A stretch of 64,000 nt of DNA from Felis catus (taxonomy: Eukaryota): assembly GCF_018350175.1 (NCBI RefSeq), contig NC_058383.1, forward strand, positions 3,410,001 to 3,474,000. Reading direction: 5' to 3'. A program made the translations under genes and the position numbers. Every line of letters begins with the position of its first letter. The stretch's first letter is position 1. Of the stretch, positions 1-12,480 are shown in pieces. The notes under the pieces were generated by a model that did not search any database, was not told the DNA's origin, and saw only the letters and a program-made list of their open reading frames with translations.

Positions 1-177
1 ACTCAGGTTACAGTCCTAGACCCCCTCCTGGAAGTCAGGTGCTTGACCATCCTCGATTTACTAAAATAAGACACTGCCTCAAAATGCCCACACCAGCTGT
101 TTTCTCATCAAACTGCGGGAGCTCTCGGCTCTGCCAGTCGGGCATCTTGCTCGAATCGGGCACGGGCTTCACACGCA

Positions 178-450
178 GTCATTCATTCCACCCATCTGTC
201 CATTCACGCCACACGAGGTCCTTGTCGGGCACCTGCTTCACACGGAGCACTCTGCCGCGGGCCGGGATGCGGAGCCGAGGTGACCAGTCCCTGCTGGTTA
301 ACGGCAGGGGGAAGGCCAGGCTCGTCACCGCGTCCTGCCCCATAACGAGCTCCCACCGAGGTACGCGCCGGTGCTGGGGGAGTGCGAGGTCAATCAGAGA
401 GCCTCCAAAGGGGACAGGCCTCGACCCTTGGGCCGGGCCGAGGACAGGGG
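178..450 (-). mobile_element. Degenerate L2 LINE 3' end
   Basis: cattcattcc...gggcacctgcttcacacggagcactctg...ccagtccctgc resembles the reverse complement of an L2 3' terminus. Boundaries approximate. Confidence 0.5.
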
Positions 451-1484
451 CAGCATCAGCCCCAAAGCGTGAGGCTCAAGGCACGTTCAGAGGCAGCCAG
501 CTTCCGCAGGGACTACGACAGAGGGGTTGGGCCGGAAGGTCGCCGGGTCGTGCGAGAGCGTCTGCTGGGGGGGAAACTCTTCCTCGGTCTTCATGTCCCA
601 GCTCAAATATGGCTTTCCTCTAAACCTCTCCTTGACCCACGACCCCGTCGTGCCCAGACCGAAAGTCCCCACACCACTCCATGTATTCCCCTTGACTATT
701 TAGTCCCACATGTAATAGCTGCTGGTCTGCAGGTGTGCCTTCTGCCAAGACTGAACCCCTTAAGGGCGGACTGGGCCCAATACTCCTTGTACCCGTAATG
801 GCCAACAGAGAGCCTGGCTCAGACGGGATGACTCTGTGGGCGTCCAGTCCCTTCACGTCACTGCAGAGGGTCCTAAGAACATCACTAGTCCCTCATTAGC
901 CTCTGACTCTCCTGCCTGGACCTTTCTGGAGCTGGCTGAGACTCCCATCTGGTTTTCTTCCAGAGCATGTGATATAGAAGAATCTAGAGTATTCTACACT
1001 ATTATTATTTTTGCCCCAAGCATTATTATCATTACACGAAAAATCTAGAGCGGATTAGGTGGTCCGTCTCTGGGCCGATCCTGATTTCTACTGCACGGGA
1101 TACGAGTGCGGGCTATGTGGAAGCTGTCCACCCTGTTGTCTGCCTTCCAGCCACGGCCAGTAGGAAGACCAGCACTGTCCCCTGGGCCAAGGATCTGGTT
1201 TGGATTTTTATTAGGAAGCGGTGTCCTTAAGAAACAGCCGAACAGGCTAGCTAATTATGGTCAGAAAGAACAGCTTAGCAGCAATACGGTAAAATGGAAA
1301 TTATATTTGGCCTACACCCCACGCTGTGCAAGTGGGCGATTCTAAATGACTCCATCCAGCAGTCCATCCATCCGGCTACTTGGGACACCGTCTGCAGCCA
1401 GCTTCCCCTGGCAGGCTGATTGGGACGCTGTTCTCCTGGAAACCCGGCCTCCTGCAGGGGCCAGACTGGCCTGGTTAGTGGAGG

Positions 1485-1485
<1 letters not shown>

Positions 1486-1540
<55 letters not shown>
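1486..1540 (+). repeat. Poly-G homopolymer, 55 nt
   Basis: Uninterrupted G run seen directly. Confidence 0.95.
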
Positions 1541-1543
<3 letters not shown>

Positions 1544-2897
1544 GCCCCTTGCAGCACCTGCTCTCACCACATGCCAGCCGTTTCGAGAGGTCTCTCCAGA
1601 GCTTCTATGGAACTCTGGAGCTTAAGCTGAGCCTTTGTCTGTGCATTTGCCTGGAGGTGAAACCCCGTACAGAGATCGTGTTGGGCCCTCACGGGCGTCC
1701 TGTGGATCGCCTCGCTCTGCAGAGTTTGATACGTCTCCTTGCCGAGCCGGGGCTCTAGGAGGGCAGCAGTGTCCCAAGACCCAGTTCGAGGTACATGACT
1801 GGGGGGGGGGGTGCTGAGAACACATAGGGTCTAGTGGGAGACAAGGGAGCCTGGGGGGCCTGCGTGACGAGGGCACAGGGATTCTTGCGGCTTGATAGCA
1901 CGGACCCCGTAAACCGGTGGAGAATTGCGGGGAACAGCGAGAGCGCTTGGCCCAGTCTCTTAAGTGCTCGTTGAATTGGATCAAGAGTAATCTTTCTTTG
2001 AGATTATGACGATAAGGCGGGACAGCGCCGGAAGGCACTGCGCGAGGCTTTGAAGTGGACTCGGAGACAGATCAAACACAGATTACCACGCGGCTCCTGC
2101 AGCAGGCTGCGGGGCTCTCTGACTCCGTAGAGGCCGGCACCTTTCATTGCTTTCGAGCTGTGTTACGGCTCCCTAGGCCGCGGAGAAAACGTAAGTAATG
2201 CAAATCATCCTTGTCCATAGAAGTGCAAATACATCGCGTCTGGTTATCAGTGGTTCTCGGAGTCACTAGTTGTGGCCCTGGAGATAGTGACCCACCGAGC
2301 TCGCACCTGTTTGTGAATTCATTCCGGCATTGCTGATTGTTGACACAGGTGCGCCGTTTGAACTCCCTCTTGATACATTCGTAGTGTCTCAATGGCTCCT
2401 TCGTGAATTAATGAGCTACCCAGAACCTTTAGGATGTGTTCGTTTGGTATTTGGATGAGAGCCCTGCAAGGGTTTCCCTGAGCTTCCGTGATAACCCGGG
2501 TATTTGGGAGAGGCGGCACTTGGCTTAGTCTGTGCCCCAAGCTGAGCCCTTCGTGTGTTCCGTGAACGGGACTGGACAAAGGCCCTCCTTCCACGGCTCG
2601 AATACAATACTTGAGGTCTTTCGCCAACTGGAGAGATGGTCCCTTTCCCGTGAATTTTTCCCAGCCTTAGCTCGTGTCCCCCGGCACGTAGTCGCGGGTG
2701 ACAAACCCACTTATACAAAAAATCCAGGTTATGTCGTTCCACTGAGTTCTTCTCTCAGTTTTTTAACAGACGTGGGTATTTGTAGTTACGGTTTGGCCAT
2801 CACGCCTTAAAATATTTGAAGTTAATTAAAATATAAAATAACTTTGTAACTCCGATTATTAAACTTAGGCATGCTCACTGGTAAGAATTTAGAAACT

Positions 2898-3525
2898 GGG
2901 GCGCCTGGGTGGCTCAGCTCGAGGATCAGACAGAGTCGATCCTCAGTCGGTTGATCATCCAACTCTTAATTTAGGCTCAGGTCGTGATTGCAGTCGTGGG
3001 ATTCAGCCCCATGTGGGGCTCCATGCTAAGCATGGAGGCTGCTTAAGATTCTTTCAATTTCTCTCTCTCTCTCCCCCTCCCTTTCTCGCTTTCTCTCTCT
3101 CCCTCTCTTTCTCTCTCCCCCTCCCCTTTCTCTCTCCCTCTCCCCCTCCCCCTTCTCTTCCCCTCTCCCCCTCTCTTCCCCTCTCCCCCCCTCTCCCCCT
3201 CCCCCTCTCTCCCCCTCTCCCCTCTCCCCCTCTCCCCCCTCCCCCTCTCTCCCCCCTCTCCCCCTCTCCCCCTCTCTCCCCCCTCCCCTCCTCTCCCCCT
3301 CTCCCCCTCTCTCCCCCCTCCCCTCCTCTCCCCCTCTCCCCCTCTCTCCCCCTCTCCCTCTCTCTCTCCCTCTCCCCGTGTCTCCCCCTCTCCCCCTCTC
3401 TCCCCCTCTCTCCCTCTCCCCCTCTCTCTCCTTCTCCCCCCCCTCTCCCTCTTCCCCCCTCTCTCCCCCTCTCTCTCTCCCTCTGCCCCTCTCCCCCACT
3501 CACATGCTCTCTCTCTCTCTTTAAA
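2898..3525 (+). mobile_element. CAN-SINE with an expanded CT tract
   Basis: Head ggggcgcctgggtggctcag, body ...ctcaggtcgtgat...gggattcagcccc. The CT-rich linker is expanded to about 460 nt. Confidence 0.85.
3061..3520. repeat. Polypyrimidine (CT/CCCCT) low-complexity tract
   Basis: Almost pure C/T run. It produces the Pro/Leu/Ser and Gly/Glu/Arg pseudo-ORFs in the track. Confidence 0.95.
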
Positions 3526-3540
3526 AGAAATTTAGAAAAT

Positions 3541-3785
3541 GGGGAACCTGGGTGGCTCAGTCAGTTAAGCGTCCAACTTCAGCTCAGGTCTGGATTTTGT
3601 GGTTCCTGAGTTCAAGCCCCACATCGGGCTCTATGCCGACAGCTCAGAGCCTGGAGCCTGCTTCGGGTTCTGTGTCTCCCTCTCTCTCTGCCCCTCCCCT
3701 CCTCCTCCCCTGCTCGCATTGTGTCTCTCTCTCTCTCTCTCTCAAGAATAAACATTGAAAATAAATAAATAAATCTTTAAAAAAT
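3541..3785 (+). mobile_element. CAN-SINE (feliform type)
   Basis: ggggaacctgggtggctcagtcagttaagcgtccaacttcagctcagg...cagagcctggagcctgcttc, then (CT)n, aataaa and an A-rich tail. Confidence 0.92.
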
Positions 3786-5149
3786 TGAGAAATTACTTCA
3801 AGCACAGAGTGAAAGCAATCACTACAGTCCCTTGCGAGTTGAACTCCTGCCCTCCACACACGCCCTTGGCCCCTCTGCCCCAGGTCCTCCGGGACTTAAT
3901 GCCTGTCCACCCTCTCTCTTCCAGCTCTGCTTCCCTCCGGGCTTTTCCCTCCTCACCGGAGAGACACCCCCTCATCTCTCATTCACACCAGCCGCTCTTC
4001 CCGCAGAAGCTATAACATCGCTGTCCTGAAAGATGGGCGGCGGGCGGTCGTGGTTGTGGTCGTCCTGAAAGGCGGTGCACCTGTGCTCTGGACCCCCGCC
4101 GCTCACAGCACTTGGCTCCCTTGGCTCGACTCCTGCCCCTCTCTTGGTTCTTAACCCTTATCCTTCCATCTCCCGGGCCATCCCGCCCACGTTTTCCTCT
4201 CCTCCCCGCAAATGCTGGCACTCTCTGCTTTGCTTGCTCAGCCCACAGGTCTTTACCTGTGCCCACCCCCCCGCCCCCTGCAGTGACCCCCGTGCCGCCG
4301 TGGCTCACCTGTCTCCCCCAAGCTGCCACCCTAATACGTGTTCATGACCTTGACCTTGGCCCTGGGCCCCAGACACTCATGCCCAGCTGACCCACGGGCT
4401 CAGCAGACTCAAACTGTCAGACTAGGACTCATCACATTTCCCCCAAGTAGCTTCTTCTCCAAGTTAGAAACACAGACCGTCCCCCATCCTCCACAAATCT
4501 TCAGTAACTTCTGTCGTTTGACCTCGTGTCTGTCCAGCCCGTGACCCTTCTCCGTTCCCGCCACCTCTGCCCCGACTGGCTGCCTCCCCATCACCTGAGT
4601 CCTTCCACGTCGCCTCCTCAGGCCGACCCTCACCGAGACGCCAGCGGGAGCCCTCCAAACACACACGTGCCCGAGCGAAGGCCTTTCCCCGCTTGAAACC
4701 CTGTGGCCCCTCAGAGAAGGCGCCACGGCAGGGCTGCGCGTGAGCCTGGCTTGCCTCCGTAATCTGCTTCAGGGCCCCCAGAGCGCGTGGGGCTCCAGAC
4801 AGCTCAGACACTAGTCCCGAGCCCGTCTTCTAGCCAGATAGCCAGCCCTCTTTCGTACGTAGAGATTTCATCGCTTAAAGTCTAGATCCTCAGCCGATGA
4901 CCGTGGTATCCAGCACTGTTTCCGTCCAACTGCCACCTGCCTCTCCAGGTTTACCTCCAGCCGCTCACTTCGCTGGTTATGCTTGAGCGACAAGGTGTGG
5001 CTCATAGACCCCTGAACACGCCTAATTCCCGGTGCCGCTGCCCCTCGCTCAGCCTGTCTGGAATTCTCTCCCCATTCCTACCTTCTGTCTCAGGTCAACT
5101 CCCTTGTAGCATTTCCTCCAAGCAGTGCCCCCTGTCTCTTCCTCTGGGA

Positions 5150-5445
5150 GGGGAGCTGCCCCCAGGTGTCCTCTCCGGGGATCTCCTCATCTGGGGGGTG
5201 TGCTGTTCCCAGTTCTCCCCCTCTGTGGGGGTGGTGTCCCAGGTCTCCTAGGGGAGGGGGGCGCTGTCCCAGGTCTCCTCCTAGGGGGAGGGGGCGCTGT
5301 CCCAGGTCTCCCCCTGGGGGGAGGGGAAGCTGTCCCAGGTCTCTTCCCAGGGGGAGGGGACGCTGTCCCAGGTCTCTTCCCAGGGGGAGGGGACGCTGTC
5401 CCAGATCTCCTCCTGGGGGTGGGTGATGCTGTCCCCAGTCTCCTG
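5150..5445. repeat. 33-bp GC-rich minisatellite
   Basis: Unit approximately gctgtcccaggtctcttcccagggggaggggac. About 6 good copies plus degenerate flanking copies. Gives 11-aa periodic ORFs in several frames. Confidence 0.9.
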
Positions 5446-5965
5446 CTCCAAATAGCACTAGCAGCCATATCGAATCACCCGATAGGCAAACCAGGCCCTT
5501 AGGTCTCCAGCAAAGGCAGGACGTCAGCACGTGAAAATATCCAGAAGGAAACACTAAAGAATACTTTTCCTCCTCCCAAGTTTACAAAGATATTCTCCTA
5601 TGTTTTCATTCAGAGGATTTTTACTTCGCACTATCCTTTGATTACTGATCCTCCTGAACACATTTTTCCAAGCTCCTTGGCTTTTTGTGCTTTGTCTCTA
5701 TGATCTGTCAATTTCTTTCCTCTATTTTTGTATCAAAGCCTTAGGGTTTTTTTCCTGTCATTTGTGACACGTATTTTTTCAATTTACTTTTTACTCTTGA
5801 TTTTTGTGTATTACTTTTTGACATACAGAAGTACTTGGTTTTTATATAGTTAAACCTATTGGTATTTTCGTTTACGATTTATTTCGTTGCTTTTATGTTT
5901 GGATACTTCAACACTTGTAAGCATAAAATACATGTTCTATAAGTTCTCATCTGGGTTTTTTAAAA

Positions 5966-6175
5966 TTTTTTTTTAATGTTTATTTATTTTGAGAGAGACA
6001 GAGACAGAATGTGAGTGGGTTAGGGGCAGAGAGAGAGGGAGACACAGAATCCGAAGCAGGCTCCAGGCTCCGAGCTGTCAGCACAGAGCCCGATGCGGGG
6101 CTCGAACCCAAGGACTGTGAGATCATGACCTGAGCTGAAGTCGGATGCTTAATCGACTGAGCCATCCAGGCTCCT
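5966..6175 (-). mobile_element. CAN-SINE
   Basis: Reverse SINE ttttaatgtttatttatttttgagagagacagagac...gactgagccatccaggctcct, with TSD-like ctcatctg-tttttaaa on both sides. Confidence 0.93.
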
Positions 6176-7011
6176 CTCATCTGATTTTTAAACCTTTACT
6201 TTTTCACACATTTAACTCTTAAAAACTCATCTGAACTTAGATATAAGTTTGAACTTGGAATTTTTATTTTTTCCAAAGGACCCTCATCTTCCCGACACAG
6301 TTCATTGAATAATCCATTTATTTATGAATGTTTCCCTTTTTATGTATTAAGAGGCCCTGTTTATATAAAAGTCTGTTTAGGGGGGTTTATTTGGATCATC
6401 GATTCATCATCTGGTTTTTGGCCTGGTTGATATTTTAGTTGTCTTAGTTCCAAAATGTGTATTAATTGCTGATAAAGCCAAGTTCTTTGGTCTTATCAGA
6501 TTTTTGCTAGTTCTTGTTGCCTGTTTATTTTTCTTTAAAAAAAAATCAGAATTATTTTGTCAGGTTTCAAAAATAGTCCCATTGACTTTTTAGTGACATT
6601 AAGCTTATGAGAAGTTTGATGAGAACTGACTTCTTGGAGATTCTGTCTTCCCATCCAGAAAATAACATGCTTCTCTGTTGCATTAGCTCTTTTTTTGAAT
6701 CGTCTAGGGAAGTTGGTAGGTTTGCACCCATTGGTTTGACACTTTTTTGTTGAGGTTATCCTGAGATTCCGTCTTACTGCTGCTGAGAATGGGATCTCCT
6801 TTCTATTCTGTCAGCTAGTTCTAAATTTTGGGCTGTGGCTACAGCCCTGGTTCCAGTGTTTGTTCTCCATCTAGCCACTTTCTGTATTCTCTTATTATTC
6901 TAATGATTTTCCAATCGGTCCTCTTTGTTTTCAAGGTAGGCAATCATATCTTCTCCAAGTAATAGAAACTTACTGTTTCCTGTTTTTAAAAAAAAATAAT
7001 CTCACAGGGTA

Positions 7012-7225
7012 GGGGCGCCTGGGTGGCTCGGTCAGTTGAGCATCCGACTCTCGATTTCACCTCAGGTCATGATCCCTGGGTCGTGGGATCGAGCCCTGCC
7101 TTGTGCTCTGCACAGAGCGTGGAGCCTGCTTGAGATATTGTCTCCCTCTGCCCCTCTCCCCCACTCATGCTCTCTCCCTTTCTCTCTCTGAAATAAAATT
7201 AAATTAAAAATAAAATAAAACAAAA
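7012..7225 (+). mobile_element. CAN-SINE
   Basis: Head ggggcgcctgggtggctcggtcagttgagcatccgactc, A-rich tail, TSD-like acagggt. Confidence 0.9.
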
Positions 7226-8318
7226 CTTACAGGGTTAGTCAGAATAATTTAAAAGAATAATCAGCACAGTAGTGCCTCTCTTTCAGTCTCTGATCTCAGT
7301 GGAATATCTACCAGGGTTTTATTGTTATACATGATATTGACTTTTGGTTGCTTATTGATGCATAATTTACATATCATGAAATGCAGAGATCTTAAGCGAG
7401 TTTTACAAATGCATACACAGCACATAGCTCGTGCTGTGTATGAGATACGAAATGTTTCCGCAGACCGGGAGGTTCCCTCCTGACCCTTCTCCACAGTCTT
7501 TCTCCGGCAAGGGCAGGCACTCGGCAGCTCTCCTCCTCCATACGTTGGATTGGCCTCTTCCTGAAATTCGTAGAAATGAATATGATATTGATTTGAAACA
7601 AGTTTTTCATCGTTTAATACATTCCTCCTCCCATTCGTGGTTCTTCTGATATTTTAAACTTTTATGGAAATGTATTCTTTCTAGGCAAATTATTCCTAAA
7701 ATACCAACATTCCACTTAGCAACGCCCTACACCTTCCACACACGAGCATCCCGCAGCTCCACGGCCCTGACACAGATTCCCGGAGGACCGTCCTCTATGC
7801 GCCTTTCAGAGGTGACGCGGTGGGGAACTTGGTCACCATCACCACATGAGGTGCCTGAGCCTCAGGGTTAAAGTTAATGTATTTTTCCTTAACTTGGAAA
7901 GGAACACTGTCTCCCTCAAGTTAATACCGTACTTGCTCTTTGCTAAAACCGTGCCAGAAGAAACATGAGGTTGGAAGAACACATCTGGGTCTCCGCGTCT
8001 CTCGCTGGGTCTCGGGCAGAGTCGTCCCTGCGGCCGGCGTCTCTGCCGTGAAGACATGTCTGTTTCTCCTGAGCAATTCCGCAGCTTTCTTTTCAAACTC
8101 TGCCATCCAGCGCAGCGCTTTTTCCTTTGGCCTCCAGGAAGCCCGAAGCTAAACTGAGTGCTTAGCTGGATACCTGAGTCATCCCGGGTGCTCCCAGCAT
8201 CCCTCTGTCTTCCCCTCCTTCGTGATTTTGGATTTGTGTTTTTATTTTCACTTTATATCCAATTTTATGTGTATTTTCACTTAACGATGTTTAAATCTTT
8301 AAAAGCAGCAGACCTCCA

Positions 8319-8514
8319 GGGGCACCTGGGTGGTTCAGTCGGTTAAGCGTCTGACTCTTGGTTTGGGCTCGGGTCATGATCTCAGTTTGTGAGTTTGAGC
8401 CCCACCTCAGGCTCTGTGTGGAGCCTGCTTCAGATTCTCTCTCTCTCTTTCTCTGGCTTGTCCCTGTTCATGCTCTCTCTCTCAAAATAAATAGATAAAC
8501 TTAAAAAAAATAAA
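8319..8514 (+). mobile_element. CAN-SINE followed by a (CA)n tract
   Basis: Head ggggcacctgggtggttcagtcggttaagcgtctgactc and tail aaaataaatag. (GC)/(CA)n repeat at about 8523-8572. Confidence 0.9.
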
Positions 8515-8899
8515 AGCTGACTGCACACGTGTGCGCGCGTGCGCACACACACACACACACACGCCCGCACACAGAGGGACCAAGTGATGCCAGACCAAAG
8601 TCCTAAACCACAGAGAGCCATGCAAAGTCATTGAGCGACGCTATGTGAGCGCATCTAGAAGCTGGTGGATGGACCTGGCTGTGGTGGTGTGAGGTTCAGA
8701 GGCGGAAGGAGAGAGCAGGGAGGTTGCTTTTTCTGAACTGATGGCTGAGTTCCCTGGAAGGAAGGGAGCCAAGGGCGGCCGGGAACCCCGGGCCTGAGCC
8801 GGAGGGCTGCAAGCCCGCACTGAGGCGTCAGTCTGGGGGGATGATCGGCCAGCCTGGCCGGAGCATGCTGGGTTTGAGATGATGCTTTGGGGTTGAGGT

Positions 8900-9470
8900 G
8901 GCGATTTCCCACAGGCGGCGTGTCTTTTCTTGAGTAGAGAACGTTCTAGTGGCCACTGCTTTCTTGAGTGGGGCACCTCACGTCCACGGCTGGTCGGAGA
9001 CTAGCTTTTGGAGGGCATTCCCTGGGGCCCGGGGCCTCTCCCGAGCCCCTTCCCGGCATCGTTAGGAGAGGCGGAAAGGGTCCTTCTTCCTCCGCAGAGA
9101 GGATCTCGAGGCCGTGTGGCTCAGCTCTTTCTTCTGTGGCCACAAAGTCTTTTCAGGCAGGGCTGGGCAGCTGTCTTGCGCACTGCTCCCCACGAGCTCA
9201 TTTGCTTCCGTGTGGAAGCCGCTCCCGACTGTCACTACACAGTATGTCGAACATCTTCATCCCCGCTTGCGATGACGCACTTAAAAGCCGATGGCTTTGT
9301 GCTGTTTTGCGTGCCCAAGTTGCTGAGACTTTGTTCTCTGTGCTTCAAATGATTTGAATGCCGTCTTCTAAACGTAGCTCATACAGGTATTTTCTAACAA
9401 CCTCAGGGTTGTTAGGAAGTATTTTATGGCTCAGCTCATTTTTCTTTGGGCTTTTGCATACGGAACCTCG
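8900..9470 (-). mobile_element. Highly decayed L1/HAL1-like ORF1-region fossil
   Basis: Weak similarity to antisense L1 ORF1 (gtcttttcagg...ctgggcagctgtcttg; ctacacagtatgtcgaacatctt). GC-shifted and interrupted by stops. Confidence 0.4.
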
Positions 9471-11154
9471 CGTTAAGGGCATTTGCTCCCATTTTAAAAT
9501 CCATGCAGGATTTTACTGTCCCAGTGTCCCAGATATTTACTGATCTTTGTTATCCTGCTGTGTCATAGGCCCAGAGAGGGGCTGAGGTGGAGGGCTTGGG
9601 GGTTCTCTCTCTCTGTACTCCGCAAGATGTGGAGGTGGGCAGGGAGCCCACAGAGGCTCCCACAGCCTCTGCTCACCTCGTGGGGGGCCCTTCCCAAGCC
9701 TGTCCCACACCGATGCAAATCGATGCACAGGTCTGCCCCTTGTGACCACTCAGTGCAGAATACCAGTGGCCCTAGGATGTGTCTTCCCTAAAGCTGGGGG
9801 CCCCTTTTATGCGGAGAGGGCCCCCCAGTTCCACCCTGTCACCTGCCAGCCAGGGTTTGAGCTGTCCGTCATGGGGGGTGCACTGCCACCGTCACGGTAT
9901 GGCTCCTGCCCGCAGCTCGGTTCCCCCTATGCTTCTGGGTTTGTCCAGTCCCTGCTTCCAGCCTTCCTGGCTTCTTTCCACCTCTCCGAAGCAAATGGCT
10001 TCTCCAGTTCAGGCCCTCGCCGGGAGTGTGTGTCCCGTCCCCTTGTGGACCCGAGCCTCAGGCACATTTGGGGTCTTACCCACAGTTCAGAGGCCCCAGT
10101 CCCTCAGGCGTGAACCATGTAAGGTCCCAAAGCCTTTCCTGTCATTGCCTTGGCCATGTTCCCTCGTGAGGAAGGGAGATTCATTTACTTCCCAAATGCT
10201 CGGTGCTTTTGTTCTTAACTTCGAAGGCCAAACTCGGTGCATTTTTTCCCATCCAGCCCCACACGCTTGCTTGTTTCTCGGGGGACGTCTGCCACGGAAC
10301 CCTCCCCAGGTGGGGAACCACACCGTACTTGACCTGTCTGCTCCTTGGGGTTTCGTCCTGGCTGGGCGGCAGCCGCCTGCTTCCCGCCCTGTCCCGGTCC
10401 AGTGAAGTTCCCTGACTCAGGTCTGTGTCTTTCGGCCCCGGCCAAGCCTGGCGGATTATGGCCGGCCCTCCCGAGGCCTCAGCCTTATCTCCCGGGGTCG
10501 CCACGGCAGGCCCGAGCCACAGCGTTCTTTGACACCTGTGCTAGATGTGTGCCACCTCGGTGGAGTCCCGTCCATCCCGAGGACCTGGTCGTGTCCTTTC
10601 CAGAGTGTCCGTGCTGAAGATTCTCCACCAACTGACACAGACGGGCCGCTGCGGCGTCCCCTCTGATTCGAGTCTTGCCGTTCTGGCGACCAGTTCTAAC
10701 CAGAGCCCCGCACAAGGATCTTCCTGACCTTTGCAGGACTAGTTAGCGTCCCTGCCTCTCTCCCGGTGTCCACAGGACCTTTGAATAGGCCGAGAGAAAC
10801 CGCTGCTTGACGCCGGGCATGCTTGCCTCCTGAGTGGGAGAGGGGCCTGGGGTGCCAGCTCACTGGGCCCGGGCTAGGCCCTGAAACCACGCTTCTCTCG
10901 CGGGACGGCGGGAGCTTCAACGTAGGGGAGCAAACGGTAGCCGTCCCGCCACACTCGATCCCGCAGCTCAGTGAGCTGGACGCCGACACGTAGGGCGGAC
11001 TGCTCTCCGAGAAGCTTGAAAATAATTGCACAAAGCACTCAAAAAATCTTGAAAACAGTTTTAAAAGACTGTAGAATGGATCTATGCCTATTTTGTTTCA
11101 TTTTCTTCTCTTATTCTCTTTTCCAGATTTTCCTTAATGAATTCGTACTTTCTA

Positions 11155-11465
11155 TGATGTATTTTTTATATATAATTTATATACACAATTTATATGTAAT
11201 TATATATATAATTCATATATGCGTATATAATTATAATTTATATATACATATATAATTTATGTATAACTTATATATGTACATATAATTTGTATATAATTAT
11301 GTGTCATATACGTATGTATAATTATATAAATAATTTATATGTGTGTATATAACTTATATATAATTATATATGTATAATTTATATATGCGTATATAATTAT
11401 ATACATAATTTATACACGTATATATAATTTATATATAATTAACATAGTACATATTTTATACGTAT
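11155..11465. repeat. AT-rich (TA)n-like degenerate tandem repeat
   Basis: Repeated tatataatt(t)atat(g/a) motifs. Confidence 0.9.
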
Positions 11466-12034
11466 GTATTTTTTTCCACCTTTTTGTATTACTTCCTGGG
11501 CATACGGTTCCCTGGGTGGTCTCAGGATTTGTATGGCTCAGTAATTTTGGAGCCCTTGTTATGGTAATCCATTCAAAACCTAAAGGGCTTCTGCGGGCCT
11601 TGGGCAGGGCCAGTGCAGGTGCAGGCCGAGCCCCAGGTCCCTCCGTCCTTCCGACTCCCAGAGCTGACGCCAGCCTCCTACCCTGCGCACATTCAGTGAT
11701 GACTGTTTACAGCTGTGGGGGACCTGGCCCCTTGTTGTCACTAACCCCCAAAGCCAGCAGGCCCCCCAGACACTGAGAGATGCCAGTAAGCCACATCTGG
11801 GACGGCCCGTCCTCCAGGGCTCCAGTGTCGGGAACGATCGCGGTGGCCTGAAACTCTGTTCTGCAAAGGCTCTGAGTCCGCCATCCGGGCCTCCCCGTGT
11901 GAACTCACACACGCGGCTGTCTTCTCCTGCACGCCACACAGGGCCTTCCCACGCGAGCCCCGCGCCGTGGGCCACAGCTTGCCCTCTGCTTCCTGGTTCT
12001 CACCAACTCTCTGACAGGCCTTTTCTTCTCTTGC

Positions 12035-12480
12035 GGTTTATTTTAGAGGAGTTTTAGGTTTCCAGAATTATTGTGAAGACAGAGAATTTCCAAAAGCCCC
12101 ATGCCCTGTTTCCCCTATTATGACATCTTGCATCTGTGTGGTGCCTGCCTCACAATTCATGAACGAATGTTGACGTATTATCATTACCTCTAAAGTCCGT
12201 GCTTTATTCAGGATTCCTTCAGTTTTTCACGAATGTCTTTCTTCTGTCCCTGGGCCCCGTCCAGGCCACCACACCACATTTAGCCGCTGTGTCTCCTTAG
12301 CCTCCTCTTAGCAGGACAGTTTCTCAGACTTGTGACGACCTTCACAGCCTTGAGGACTGATGCTCAGGTGTTTTGTAGGACATCACCAGGTTGGGATTTG
12401 TGGATATTTTTCTGATGACTAGACCAGCATTTTGGGGTTCCGGAAGGAAGAGCACGAAGCAAAGTGCCATTCCTTTCCCT
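12035..12480 (-). mobile_element. L1MC-like 3' UTR fragment
   Basis: ttttagaggagttttaggtttccag...acatcttgcat...cacatttagccgctgtgtctccttag...gacagtttctcagact resembles recalled L1MC 3' ends. Confidence 0.65.

Larger units (their letters stand above)
5570..7380 (-). mobile_element. Old L1 (L1M-type) ORF2 fragment, interrupted by two SINEs
   Basis: T-rich antisense L1-like motifs, e.g. agttcattgaataatcc and gagaactgacttcttggagattctgtcttcccatccagaaa. Boundaries approximate. Confidence 0.6.

Noticed and set aside
620..2810. Run of minus-strand ORFs considered as a possible endogenous viral or retroviral insert
   Set aside because: No gag, pol, env or other viral motif is recognisable. Parts look like MIR or L2 debris.
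3013..3609. Pro/Leu/Ser and Gly/Glu/Arg-rich ORFs
   Set aside because: Translations of the CT tract and SINE.
5150..5445. CRISPR-like array
   Set aside because: Head-to-tail tandem units with no unique spacers, in a mammalian intron, so a minisatellite.
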